From positions 1 to 34,382 of the forward strand of contig CAZYLQ010000006.1 of NCBI GenBank assembly GCA_964648395.1: a DNA stretch of 34,382 nt. The letters are read 5' to 3'. Under the pieces are notes generated by a model. That model was not told where the DNA came from. It did not search any database and saw only the letters and a program-made list of their open reading frames with translations. The position numbers and the translations under genes were made by a program. The stretch comes from an uncultured bacterium (GTDB lineage: Bacteria; Fidelibacterota; Marinisomatia; Marinisomatales; UBA1611). Positions 6,883 through 16,588 of the stretch are shown one piece after another. Numbering within the stretch: position 1 is the first letter of the stretch; each line of letters begins with the position of its first letter.

Positions 6883-9135
6883 ATGGAAAAATTCTACACT
6901 ACCCTCGTAAAGCTCAATAGTTTACAGTTCAAATACCGAACCTTAATAACTTTTGCAATAGTTCTAATCGTTATTTTGGCTTCGGATGTCCTCTTTAACG
7001 TCTTTTTTCCATCCATAGTTAATTTTCTCGAAAGTCAATTCAGTATTGTATTATCAGATCACGAGAGTATTGATCTAGGTTTCGCACCTGAAATATGGGG
7101 TGGTGTTCTGGCTATGGTATTAGGAACATTAATTATTGTGGTTGCTATTGCCGCAGAGTCATCCCCAAAACTGATGGATCTATTTGTGAAAGACTGGTTG
7201 AGTTTAATCTACGTTTGGTTTTTAATCCTATCATCTCTTCATGCAACCGTAATCATGTTTTATGTGGAACCTCTAAATCGAGTTTCCAGCATAGTCCTTA
7301 ATACCTATGTTTATTTATTTCTAGCGTCTGTTTTTACACTTCCGTACATTTTTTATATTCTACTTTATTCCAAAACAAGCAATGTGGTTACAACCATTTC
7401 AGGAATTATTAAATCATTTATATTTAATTTGAAAAAACCATCTATCCATTCAGCAATGAATAATAGCATGGAAGTTATTGAAGAATATCAAAAAGAGATC
7501 ATGGGTTCCTTAGATCAGTTGGATGATCTACTTGCATTTACACAATTCAAAGAGACTCAAACAGAAATTATTCGAGAAATCAGTACAATTATCCAAACTT
7601 ATATTCGCAATAAACCAGAATTTAATGCTCAGTTTTTTCATCTCACTCCTACGATAAAAGACAATGCAACTTTCCGTACCTATACCAAAACCCAGTACGA
7701 GGAAATGGCTAATTCATTGACTTTTTATGAGGTAAAAGTCTTCAGGCTTTTGGGTAATTCTTATATAAAAATGATTGAAAATGACCGCTTTGATATTGCA
7801 TCCCTAATTCCTGCCGAGTTGGTTGATATTGGCAAAACCTGTTTGGAAATGAATGATAATACAATCTTGGAAAATGTGAATATCCGATTTAATACACTTT
7901 TCAGGTTTGCAATAAAACATGCTTATAAGAATAATGAACCAAGAAATTTATACAATTTGTCCTTTCATTATTCGAATATGATCCAGGAATACGTAAAAGC
8001 CGATCGGGTAGATATGGCCACGTATTGTTATGATAAATTTAAATTTTACGCCAATGATATTTATAAGAATGCTGAAGGGAACCCATCTCTTTATTTTATT
8101 GTGGACACATTAACGTTTGAATTAAGAAAGTGCCAGGTTCTGATCCATGAAAAAGGATGGAGCGATGACGAACAAATGAATCTTTTGAAAATGATACTTC
8201 AGTTGGATAAACCACCTGGTTATTCTAAAGACAGTGTAGATAAAGGCATCTTAGGTGGCAATAACGGGACAAGAAGAATCCAAATTGGATTAGCGCTGTT
8301 TTATTTGTCTGTGGATAAAAAGGATTTCGCCATAGCTATTGCGGAAGATTATCTGGATGACCTAGCTTATTTCGACGAGAAATCCTTCAAAGCAAACGCA
8401 AATACGCAATGTTTTTTATTATCGATTTTTGGGCCAACTTTCTGGGAAGACACTGATCGGGGAAATCTCAATATCTATTTTGCACCAGAAAAAGATCAGT
8501 TAGATCCATTTAAGGAACTCCTTTTTGAATTAATGGATAATCGGTTAGAAGCCCTTGAACGTGATGTCCAATTTTTAACGCTTGAAGTGGACAAACTAAT
8601 GCAAAGACGCCAACGCCAAGATGGCTATTTGAATGATGTAGACAAAGAACGTATGGAAGATCTACAGCGTAAAATATCTGCCCGGGAAAAATCTGATGAT
8701 GAAAAGCCGATAGAATGGCTAATGGATCACGATATTCTTTATACCCTTCTTTGCATTTCCTTTTTCGCTGATCAAGAAATTGATGAATCGGAAAAGGGGG
8801 TTATTTTTGAAAGTTTCGGGAAATTCGTTAAAGATGTGACAAATGAAAGTTTTAACTCTGATTTTGGATTAGCAACCGAAAAATTTATTGGACTAGAAAA
8901 TGAAGAATCAAGGCAAAAGCAGTATGAACATTCATTAATGAATATTAAAAATTCTGAAGAAACTGATTCGGATCAATTGCTACAACTACTCCATGCATTT
9001 GTTGAAATTGCTAATGCAGATGAATTCATTCATGAAAATGAATTATTACTTATACAAAATGCAGTAGCCATATGGGAATTAGGTGTGGAAATCAATAAAC
9101 CAAAATCAGGTGATCGATTAGAAATCCAAAAATAA
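6883..9135 (+). CDS. 750-aa membrane protein: N-terminal 4 TM helices, large helical region, coiled coil, C-terminal TerB-like domain
   Basis: Hydrophobic segments LITFAIVLIVILASDVLFNVFF, IWGGVLAMVLGTLIIVVAIAA, LSLIYVWFLILSSLHATVIMFYV and IVLNTYVYLFLASVFTLPYIFYILLY. Charged heptad-like stretch LEALERDVQFLTLEVDKLMQRRQRQ. The C-terminus is paralogous to ORF 6137-6568. Confidence 0.85.
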   Translation: MEKFYTTLVKLNSLQFKYRTLITFAIVLIVILASDVLFNVFFPSIVNFLESQFSIVLSDHESIDLGFAPEIWGGVLAMVLGTLIIVVAIAAESSPKLMDLFVKDWLSLIYVWFLILSSLHATVIMFYVEPLNRVSSIVLNTYVYLFLASVFTLPYIFYILLYSKTSNVVTTISGIIKSFIFNLKKPSIHSAMNNSMEVIEEYQKEIMGSLDQLDDLLAFTQFKETQTEIIREISTIIQTYIRNKPEFNAQFFHLTPTIKDNATFRTYTKTQYEEMANSLTFYEVKVFRLLGNSYIKMIENDRFDIASLIPAELVDIGKTCLEMNDNTILENVNIRFNTLFRFAIKHAYKNNEPRNLYNLSFHYSNMIQEYVKADRVDMATYCYDKFKFYANDIYKNAEGNPSLYFIVDTLTFELRKCQVLIHEKGWSDDEQMNLLKMILQLDKPPGYSKDSVDKGILGGNNGTRRIQIGLALFYLSVDKKDFAIAIAEDYLDDLAYFDEKSFKANANTQCFLLSIFGPTFWEDTDRGNLNIYFAPEKDQLDPFKELLFELMDNRLEALERDVQFLTLEVDKLMQRRQRQDGYLNDVDKERMEDLQRKISAREKSDDEKPIEWLMDHDILYTLLCISFFADQEIDESEKGVIFESFGKFVKDVTNESFNSDFGLATEKFIGLENEESRQKQYEHSLMNIKNSEETDSDQLLQLLHAFVEIANADEFIHENELLLIQNAVAIWELGVEINKPKSGDRLEIQK
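8707..9132 (+). other. C-terminal TerB-like domain of the 750-aa protein
   Basis: FFADQEIDESEK and IANADEFIHENELLLIQNA motifs. Hand alignment to the 143-aa protein gives roughly 42 identities over about 122 positions with one gap. Confidence 0.65.
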
Positions 9136-9190
9136 GAATTATCCTGTAATCGATAGTATTAACCGAGTAAAGCTATTAACAATAATTTTT

Positions 9191-9754
9191 TTAACGGGTC
9201 AGGGCAAAAAAGAATGCTTGGGTCAGGTTAGATATATCCCCGCTGGCTGTTGCCAGGTTTTGCACCGCTGATTTTGCAACTTCAAAATAAACAGAACCAC
9301 CAATTTCTGGGTTATCTTTGACAATATTTGAAAAATCTTCTAGTGTGAGAATTCCATATTTTACGGGAGTCATTGCATGAACATGAGCCGTTCGAATTGC
9401 ATCGTCTAAGACAAGCGAAAATTCACCAATTCCAAATGCAGGAGCCTCAACAACAAATACAGTTGGTTCTGTAATCGGATCTGAAGCGGGTGGCGGATCC
9501 GTTGTTTCCAGCCTTATAATAGGCTTCCTGGATGTGGTAATACCACTAGCAGTTTTCACCATCATATTTTTTGAAACTTCAACCTGCCCTTGGAAAACTA
9601 GAACCATGGTATCGCCTGTGTCACCTTCTGTGAGTAATTGGTCTTTAGGCTGGCATTCCTGAATTTCAACCACAGAAGCAATCTTTTCGCACATGCCTTT
9701 TGGCACTTTACTGAAATGATTAATCTTTTGAATTTGTTCTGCTGTAGGATTCAT
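9191..9754 (-). CDS. cyclic-nucleotide-binding (CAP effector) domain protein carrying a Pro-rich insertion
   Basis: 187 aa. HFSKVPKGMCEKIASVVEIQECQPKDQLLTEGDTGDTMVLVFQGQVEV matches the beta-roll N-terminal pattern. FGIGEFSLVLDDAIRTAHVHA matches the phosphate-binding cassette (GE...R-T-A). GAGG Shine-Dalgarno lies inside the end of the channel gene, 3 nt after its stop. Confidence 0.7.
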   Translation of the reverse strand: MNPTAEQIQKINHFSKVPKGMCEKIASVVEIQECQPKDQLLTEGDTGDTMVLVFQGQVEVSKNMMVKTASGITTSRKPIIRLETTDPPPASDPITEPTVFVVEAPAFGIGEFSLVLDDAIRTAHVHAMTPVKYGILTLEDFSNIVKDNPEIGGSVYFEVAKSAVQNLATASGDISNLTQAFFFALTR

Positions 9755-9757
9755 AAT

Positions 9758-11203
9758 TTACCTCAAGACCAATGCGCTATGTTTTTCATCAACTTTATAG
9801 TCATCTGGTGGGTTAATCTCCACAACCACATGCTCATCACTGGTTAAATTAACACCAGCACCTTCCAACTGTTCCTTGATCATGCTACGTATAAGAGGGC
9901 TACCGCTTTCTCCCATTTGTTCATCCAAACTAAAACCGGCCTTTCGGATAGCGTATCCAACAAGAAGCCAATTGTATTTGAATTTATAAAAAGCAGATAT
10001 CTTATTATGGGACTGTTTATTTAGACTTCTTGGGATTTTAACCTCCTGAAGGCCCTTGTCCTTTTCTTCTTGTAAAATCAAGTTATCAAAAAATTGCGGG
10101 ACACCTGGGTCTGTTACATGTTTAGCCAATAGATGAGGCACATGATCATCGGGAATCACAATTTCGTTGGCATTGGCACGCTCAAGGTGAGAGACAGTTT
10201 CGGTATCCAATACATGAGCAATAACATTACAGGATTCAGAAATAGATTTCGCTGTCAAACATGTTAAGACCGTTTTATCCTCGTCGGGTTCCTCATGTGG
10301 TAATAGGCCAGAATTATCCGGTAGAATCATAAAAGTACCCGCTTTTTCCAAGAACGCTTTCCGTAACACAGATTCATGGGTAAAGTTTTCCGGGATGTGG
10401 TGGATATCGAGCCTTTCATATCCTGTTGTAGCACGTTGAATAATATCACGGTCTGTTACGTTAACCAATATAACAATATCGGTTGCATCAACGTTGGCAT
10501 CAATTAGTTTTAAAATCGATGGAACATATGAATTCCATCCTGCAATGACCAAATGGCCGTTAAATTTACTTTCGTCCAAGGTATCATCTCCTGTTAGTCG
10601 TTTTGCAACCAATACGGATGCAACAGCACCGCCAAGTAATGTGACGACGCCAAAGTTTAAAAGCATGATTATAATTGTAAGAAATTTTCCTATATGGGTT
10701 ACCGGACTCACATCACCGTAACCTACGGTAGTGAACGTAACAATCGACCACCAGAAAGTGTGGAAAAATGTATCCAGCCAATTCGGTTCATCTCCACCAA
10801 AAATAAATGTCTTTCCAACTTGACCCGACACACTTTCCTTAAACATATCATATTCAATCATTGTGAGTGCCGTGGTCGATATCAATATGAGTAAAATAGA
10901 CCAGGAAGCATATCGTATAAGTTCATTTTCAGTATAGAAATCTTTTAATTTTTCTACTGAAACTAGGAATGGATGAGGTTTGTCATCCTTATGATGGTCC
11001 TCTTCCTCTTCAATTGCAATTGCTTCTAAGGCCTCTATCTCTGGAAGTTTATTTAGTTTATCATAGAGTTCCTTATTGGCATGAATCACTTCGTCCAATT
11101 CGGTCGTTGAAACGTCCGGGTCTTGAAATTGATCAGGTGATGCGTTATCGTTCATATATTCTTTTTTATGTTCTCCTGTCCTAAATCGAACAGATAATAA
11201 CAA
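9758..11203 (-). CDS. 2-TM potassium channel with C-terminal RCK/TrkA-N-like domain
   Basis: Selectivity filter TTVGYGD preceded by pore helix WWSIVTF, flanked by two TM helices. HLVIAGWNSYVPSILKLI follows as a Rossmann-like RCK start. The true start may be the ATG at 11155 (MNDNASP...). Confidence 0.88.
   Translation of the reverse strand: MLLSVRFRTGEHKKEYMNDNASPDQFQDPDVSTTELDEVIHANKELYDKLNKLPEIEALEAIAIEEEEDHHKDDKPHPFLVSVEKLKDFYTENELIRYASWSILLILISTTALTMIEYDMFKESVSGQVGKTFIFGGDEPNWLDTFFHTFWWSIVTFTTVGYGDVSPVTHIGKFLTIIIMLLNFGVVTLLGGAVASVLVAKRLTGDDTLDESKFNGHLVIAGWNSYVPSILKLIDANVDATDIVILVNVTDRDIIQRATTGYERLDIHHIPENFTHESVLRKAFLEKAGTFMILPDNSGLLPHEEPDEDKTVLTCLTAKSISESCNVIAHVLDTETVSHLERANANEIVIPDDHVPHLLAKHVTDPGVPQFFDNLILQEEKDKGLQEVKIPRSLNKQSHNKISAFYKFKYNWLLVGYAIRKAGFSLDEQMGESGSPLIRSMIKEQLEGAGVNLTSDEHVVVEINPPDDYKVDEKHSALVLR
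10712..10732 (-). other. K+ selectivity filter codons (T-T-V-G-Y-G-D)
   Basis: The reverse complement reads ACT ACC GTA GGT TAC GGT GAT. Confidence 0.9.
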
Positions 11204-11243
11204 AAATACTATCGAATTATTTTAGAAATAGCAAACAGGAAGT

Positions 11244-14200
11244 TTAGAAATGATATTCTTGTATGGAATGTACATGAATCGTTTTATTTGATAACCGAAT
11301 AGCCCTTACGGCTGCTTCCGCGCCTGATAAAGTTGTTATCGCAACAATACTTTTTTGAATACATGATCGACCAATGGATTCTTCATCATATCGAGCTCGA
11401 GCACCCATGGGAGTATTGATTACTAAGTCAATTTCATCATTCTTTATCCAGTCAACCACGTTGGGTCGACCTTCGCCTACTTTAAAAATAGATTCTACTT
11501 GGAGTCCATTTTGCATCAATTCCTTTGCAGTTCCTGAAGTTGCCACCAATTTGAAACCAATTTCATGGAGATCTCGGGCAATAGGAATCACATTCAACTT
11601 ATCGGAATCATTGACAGAAAGAAAGACTGTTCCTGAATTTGGGATGTTATTCCCCGCACTGATGGATGCTCGACGAAAGGATTCTCCCAGTGTATTCGAT
11701 ATACCCATTACTTCACCGGTTGATTTCATTTCCGGACTTAGAAAAATGGATTCTTCCGGAAATTTATTAAACGGAAGTACCGCTTCTTTTACTGCCACAT
11801 GATGGTTACAATCCCAAGCTTTTAACTCAAATTCAGACAGGTGCGCTCCTGTAGAGAGCTGAGAGGCAATCCGAGCCAATGGCATATTTGTAGCTTTGCT
11901 AACAAACGGGACTGTTCGGCTGGCTCTTGGATTCACTTCCAAAACATAAACTTGCCCATCCTTATAGGCGAACTGCAGATTAATTAATCCGATTACTTTT
12001 AATTCAAGTGCAAGTGCTGTGGTGATTCGGATAATTTCTTCCATAGCTTCTGTTGTGATTCTATACGGTGGCAAAACGCAGGCAGAATCTCCGGAATGAA
12101 TACCGGCCTCCTCAATATGTTGCATGACAGCACCGATATGAACAGAATGACCATCGCACAATGCATCCACATCGAATTCAAAAGCATCTTCTAAAAATTC
12201 ATCGATCAAAATCGGATGACCTTCTGTCACATCCGCATTCCGCGCAATATAGTTAATCAATTGTTCCTTGCCATAAACAATTTCCATAGCGCGGCCGCCC
12301 AACACATAACTTGGTCTGGCTAATACAGGAAATCCAATCCGGTCAGCAACCGTCACAACCTCATCTAAAGTGCGACCCGTCCCATATTCAAGGCAAACAA
12401 CTTTGAGTTTTTTCAGAATATTTGCAAATTTTTCCCGATCTTCAGCCAGATCAATATTTTCAGGTGAAGTCCCCATGATGGGAACCCCGGCACTTTCTAA
12501 TGCATTGGCAATCTTCAGTGGTGTTTGTCCACCAAACTGAACCAGAACACCATTAGGCTTTTCAAATTCAACAATATTTAACACATCTTCAAAGGTCACC
12601 GGCTCAAAATACAACCGATCTACCAAATCAAAATCGGTACTCACTGTTTCCGGATTACAATTCACCATGATTGTTTTATAGCCCTGATCTTTCAATCCAA
12701 ACACGGCCTGAACACAGCAATAGTCAAACTCGATTCCCTGACCGATTCGATTGGGACCTCCTCCAAGAATAATTACCTTTTTCCCTTTTAAGGGTTTGAT
12801 CTCATTTTCTTCATCATAAGTAGAATAGCAATAAGGGGTCTGAGCTTCAAATTCAGCTGCACAGGTATCTACTATTTTATAGGACGGTAAAATATTTTCT
12901 TTTTTCCGTAAGTTACGGATTTCTAACTCAGAATTTTTCCACAGTCTCCCAATTTGTTTATCGGAATAACCATTTTGTTTTAATTCCCGTAAAGAAACGG
13001 TATGGCGTGTCTCTACCAATAATTGTATCTGATACAAGAACCAAGGATCAATCCCGGTTACTTTATTCACACTTTGCACAGTTTGACCTTCCAAAAACGC
13101 TTGACGGACTTTTAATAATCTGAAAGATGTCGCATACCGTAATGTTGACATATCCAATGAACGTGCACGATTCACATCAGGGTCTCCTTCTGCGGGAGGG
13201 TTGGGCTCCAAACCATCTAAGCCTACTTCCAGAGATCGGAATGCTTTTTGCAACGATTCCCGGAATGTTCGCCCAATAGACATAACCTCACCTACGCTTT
13301 GCATTTGCACCCCCAAATGCCCGGATGCAGATGGAAACTTTTCAAAATTGAAACGAGGAACTTTTGTAACGATGTAATCGATAGTCGGCTCGAAGGCTGC
13401 TAATGTTTCCCCTGTGATTTCATTGGGGAGCTCATCCAGAATAAAACCTACTGCCAATTTTGCAGCCACTTTTGCAATAGGAAATCCGGTGGCTTTGGAT
13501 GCCAAAGCCGATGATCGACTTACCCGAGGATTCATTTCAATTACAATCATTCTACCGTTTTCAGGGTTTACAGCAAATTGGACATTGGACCCGCCTGTTT
13601 CAACGCCAATGGTGCGCAAACATTGGATAGCCCAATTCCGCATTTTCTGGTATTCCTTATCTGATAAGGTCATGGCTGGTGCTACTGTAACTGAATCGCC
13701 CGTGTGAATTCCCATAGGATCAATATTTTCTATGGAACAAATAATGATAGCATTATCTGCGGTATCCCGAACCACTTCCAATTCAAACTCTTTCCAACCT
13801 AACAAGGATTCTTCCATTAAAACTTCCGTAATAGGACTGGCATTTAATCCGTTTTCGATCAATTCTTGAAATTCATCATAATTATAAGCAACTGATCCCC
13901 CGGTTCCTCCCATAGTAAAGGATGGACGAATAATAATGGGAAATTGCAAGTCTTGCAATTGCGATTCCGCTTCCTGCCAAGAATGGACAAACCCACCCTG
14001 AGCAGTTTCAATTCCAATAGTATCCATCGCTTCCTTAAATCGTTCGCGGTCTTCTGCTTTATCGATGGCATCCACTTGGGCGCCAATCAGTTGTACATTA
14101 TATTTTTCTAAAATGCCCAGTTTGTGAAGGTCCATGGTAAGATTGAGTGCCGTTTGCCCTCCCACCGTTGGGAGAATGGCATCGGGCCTTTCTTTTTGAA

Positions 14201-14432
14201 TAATCGCTTCAACATACGCTGGTGTAATAGGCTCAATATAAGTTGCATCTGCCAATTCAGGATCTGTCATGATAGTAGCAGGATTAGAATTCACCAGTAT
14301 AACACGATATCCTTCTTCTTTTAAAGCACGAGTGGCTTGTGTACCAGAATAATCAAACTCGCAGGCTTGCCCAATCACGATGGGACCGGCACCAATAATT
14401 AAAATAGAATTTATGTCAGTGCGTTTAGGCAA
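11244..14432 (-). CDS. carB: carbamoyl-phosphate synthase large subunit
   Basis: 1062 aa. Duplicated ATP-grasp halves ([19 protein letters not shown] and [18 protein letters not shown]) and an MGS-like C-terminal domain. Confidence 0.97.
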   Translation of the reverse strand: MPKRTDINSILIIGAGPIVIGQACEFDYSGTQATRALKEEGYRVILVNSNPATIMTDPELADATYIEPITPAYVEAIIQKERPDAILPTVGGQTALNLTMDLHKLGILEKYNVQLIGAQVDAIDKAEDRERFKEAMDTIGIETAQGGFVHSWQEAESQLQDLQFPIIIRPSFTMGGTGGSVAYNYDEFQELIENGLNASPITEVLMEESLLGWKEFELEVVRDTADNAIIICSIENIDPMGIHTGDSVTVAPAMTLSDKEYQKMRNWAIQCLRTIGVETGGSNVQFAVNPENGRMIVIEMNPRVSRSSALASKATGFPIAKVAAKLAVGFILDELPNEITGETLAAFEPTIDYIVTKVPRFNFEKFPSASGHLGVQMQSVGEVMSIGRTFRESLQKAFRSLEVGLDGLEPNPPAEGDPDVNRARSLDMSTLRYATSFRLLKVRQAFLEGQTVQSVNKVTGIDPWFLYQIQLLVETRHTVSLRELKQNGYSDKQIGRLWKNSELEIRNLRKKENILPSYKIVDTCAAEFEAQTPYCYSTYDEENEIKPLKGKKVIILGGGPNRIGQGIEFDYCCVQAVFGLKDQGYKTIMVNCNPETVSTDFDLVDRLYFEPVTFEDVLNIVEFEKPNGVLVQFGGQTPLKIANALESAGVPIMGTSPENIDLAEDREKFANILKKLKVVCLEYGTGRTLDEVVTVADRIGFPVLARPSYVLGGRAMEIVYGKEQLINYIARNADVTEGHPILIDEFLEDAFEFDVDALCDGHSVHIGAVMQHIEEAGIHSGDSACVLPPYRITTEAMEEIIRITTALALELKVIGLINLQFAYKDGQVYVLEVNPRASRTVPFVSKATNMPLARIASQLSTGAHLSEFELKAWDCNHHVAVKEAVLPFNKFPEESIFLSPEMKSTGEVMGISNTLGESFRRASISAGNNIPNSGTVFLSVNDSDKLNVIPIARDLHEIGFKLVATSGTAKELMQNGLQVESIFKVGEGRPNVVDWIKNDEIDLVINTPMGARARYDEESIGRSCIQKSIVAITTLSGAEAAVRAIRLSNKTIHVHSIQEYHF

Positions 14433-14505
14433 AACTTATCCTACCACCAAGTTATAAATATGTGAAATACTTATAATATTTCTTCGTGACATAGAACCTT
14501 CGTGA

Positions 14506-15597
14506 CTACTCATTTTTCATCATTTCAATAAACTGGTCAAATATATAGCGACTATCATGGGGGCCTGGACTGGATTCCGGATGGTATTGAACTGAAAACG
14601 CAGACAATTCTTTATAGCGAATTCCTTCTGATGTATTATCATTTAAATTGATATGAGTTTGCTCAATATTGGACGGGAGCGAATCTAATCCCACTGCAAA
14701 ACCATGGTTTTGGCTGGTTATTTCTACTTTACCAGACTCTAAGTTTTTAACAGGATGGTTGCATCCTCGATGCCCGAATTTTAGCTTGAATGTTTTTCCT
14801 CCTAAGGCTAGGGCCAATATTTGATGCCCAAGGCAAATACCAAAAATAGGTTTTTTTCCCAATAATTTCTTTACTGTTTCAATTCCATATGTCACTGCTT
14901 CCGGATCTCCTGGTCCGTTACTTAAAAACACACCATCCGGATTGAAGTCCAATATTTCTTTAGACGTCACATGGGCAGGAAAAACAGTGACATTACATCC
15001 ATGACTTTCTAGTAATCGAAGAATGTTATGTTTTATTCCAAAATCAATTGCAGCTACTTTGTATTGACCATTTTGTATTGTTGACCATAAATAGGAATCT
15101 TTACATGTTACTTTTTGAGCTAAATCTAATCCTGTCATGTTTGGCACTTGAGATAATTTTTTCTTAAGACTTTCGAGATTGGAGTCAATAGTAGAAATAA
15201 TTCCATTCATAGCGCCATTATCTCGGATATGGCGTGTTAGTGCGCGAGTATCTATTTTTTGGATTCCAACAATGTTATGATCTTTTAAATAATCGCCAAG
15301 AGATTGTGTCGAACGCCAGTTAGATGGTATGGCTGTTTCTTCCTTAATGACAAACCCGGCGACTTGAATACGATCTGATTCATAATCATCGGGATTCACA
15401 CCATAGTTTCCAATATGGGGGACCGTCATGGTAACAATCTGTTGACAATACGATGGGTCAGTCAGTATTTCCTGATAACCAGTCATCCCAGTATTGAAAC
15501 AGACTTCACCTATTGTTTCCCCATCAGATCCAAATTGTTCCCCATAAAAAAAACGGCCGTCCTGTAATAAAAGAACGACCGTTTTAGAAATTTCCAT
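14506..15597 (-). CDS. carA: carbamoyl-phosphate synthase small (glutaminase) subunit
   Basis: 363 aa. GICLGHQ catalytic Cys motif, QNHGFAV and HPESSPGPHD motifs. Lies immediately upstream of carB. Confidence 0.96.
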   Translation of the reverse strand: MEISKTVVLLLQDGRFFYGEQFGSDGETIGEVCFNTGMTGYQEILTDPSYCQQIVTMTVPHIGNYGVNPDDYESDRIQVAGFVIKEETAIPSNWRSTQSLGDYLKDHNIVGIQKIDTRALTRHIRDNGAMNGIISTIDSNLESLKKKLSQVPNMTGLDLAQKVTCKDSYLWSTIQNGQYKVAAIDFGIKHNILRLLESHGCNVTVFPAHVTSKEILDFNPDGVFLSNGPGDPEAVTYGIETVKKLLGKKPIFGICLGHQILALALGGKTFKLKFGHRGCNHPVKNLESGKVEITSQNHGFAVGLDSLPSNIEQTHINLNDNTSEGIRYKELSAFSVQYHPESSPGPHDSRYIFDQFIEMMKNE

Positions 15598-15652
15598 ATA
15601 AAAATTTCATAAGGATTTTAAATCCAAGTCCTGATCAGGCATGATTACAAAT

Positions 15653-16498
15653 TTATTTAAGTAAAACAAGAACTTTGCAATTAGTGAGAAGTCCGAACTT
15701 TTTTTCTGCGGCACGGATGCGTTCTGCATCCAAATTAGAGATAGTCAAATTTATGTCATCATTGCTGGCGACAGCTTCTACCAAAAGAGGATTATTGCCC
15801 ACTCTTCGACGAACATTTCCATCTTCCATGGAATGGGCATAGCCCATTGGACCGCGATTGACTGATCGTGACCGTGTATAATACCTTGGACCATAAACAA
15901 GCTTTTCATCTTCGTTAAATACTTTTGGCACCATAGCTGGAATATGATAAATATTTCTGGCATCAATGACAATTCCGGAAGTTCTTTCACTTTTGGGTGT
16001 TGCTGCTCGTGTCATTAAATAGGCTGACTGTGCAACCCCTTCGCTCATGTATCCGCTGGCATCAATGAGGATTTCTGCCAAGCCAGACATATTTATCGCC
16101 AAGGCAATTGCCACTTCATTTCGCTCAAGATATTCAATTTCTCCTTGTTGGTATGCACTACCCACCAGAGTTTCAATCCGGCTTTCAATCAACTGGTCGC
16201 TCACCATGATTTCACCAACTGTCCGACTGTCAAAATGGACTAATTTGATTAGGTCCAAGAGGTTTTCCCTGGCACGAGATCTAGCTTCACCTTTGGAAAA
16301 TTTTAGATTTTTTTCAATCACCTGCAACTCATCTGATGATGAATTTTTCTGCGAAATATTAGCCATTCCGCGGGAAACGATAACGCGGTTCGCATAATCT
16401 ATAAAACCGTACTCTGTCCGTAGCACAGAAGATCTAGGAGAATCGGAAGCAAGAAGACTACCAATAAGAATTATGTATGTAAGTAGATAATTGATCAT
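15653..16498 (-). CDS. secreted protein of unknown function (weak LPP20-like N-terminal region)
   Basis: The ORF is open to 16531, but MINYLLTYIILIGSLLAS at 16498 looks like the signal peptide. The rest is hydrophilic and I recognise no catalytic motif. Confidence 0.6.
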   Translation of the reverse strand: MINYLLTYIILIGSLLASDSPRSSVLRTEYGFIDYANRVIVSRGMANISQKNSSSDELQVIEKNLKFSKGEARSRARENLLDLIKLVHFDSRTVGEIMVSDQLIESRIETLVGSAYQQGEIEYLERNEVAIALAINMSGLAEILIDASGYMSEGVAQSAYLMTRAATPKSERTSGIVIDARNIYHIPAMVPKVFNEDEKLVYGPRYYTRSRSVNRGPMGYAHSMEDGNVRRRVGNNPLLVEAVASNDDINLTISNLDAERIRAAEKKFGLLTNCKVLVLLK

Positions 16499-16588
16499 AG
16501 AACCACTTCTTGATGTGACTGAAACTAACATATTTGACTGTTGTAGTGCAACTCCCCAAAGACAAATTCATTCAGTAATTTCCCCGGT

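Noticed and set aside
9136-9190. Possible terminator between the convergent 750-aa gene and the cNMP-binding gene (T7 run at 9184-9190).
   Set aside because: I could not find a convincing stem preceding the T-run on either strand.
11156-11203. The first 16 codons of the K+ channel ORF (MLLSVRFRTGEHKKEY).
   Set aside because: This is probably upstream read-in. The ATG at 11155 (MNDNASP) is an equally good or better start. I cannot decide without homolog alignment, so the feature keeps the full ORF coordinates.
11374-11802. 142-aa plus-strand ORF inside carB. Similar shadow ORFs occur at 13414-13707, 16047-16397, 10494-10721 and 28146-28397.
   Set aside because: All are antisense to strongly supported genes and show no recognisable motifs. 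I consider them shadow ORFs.
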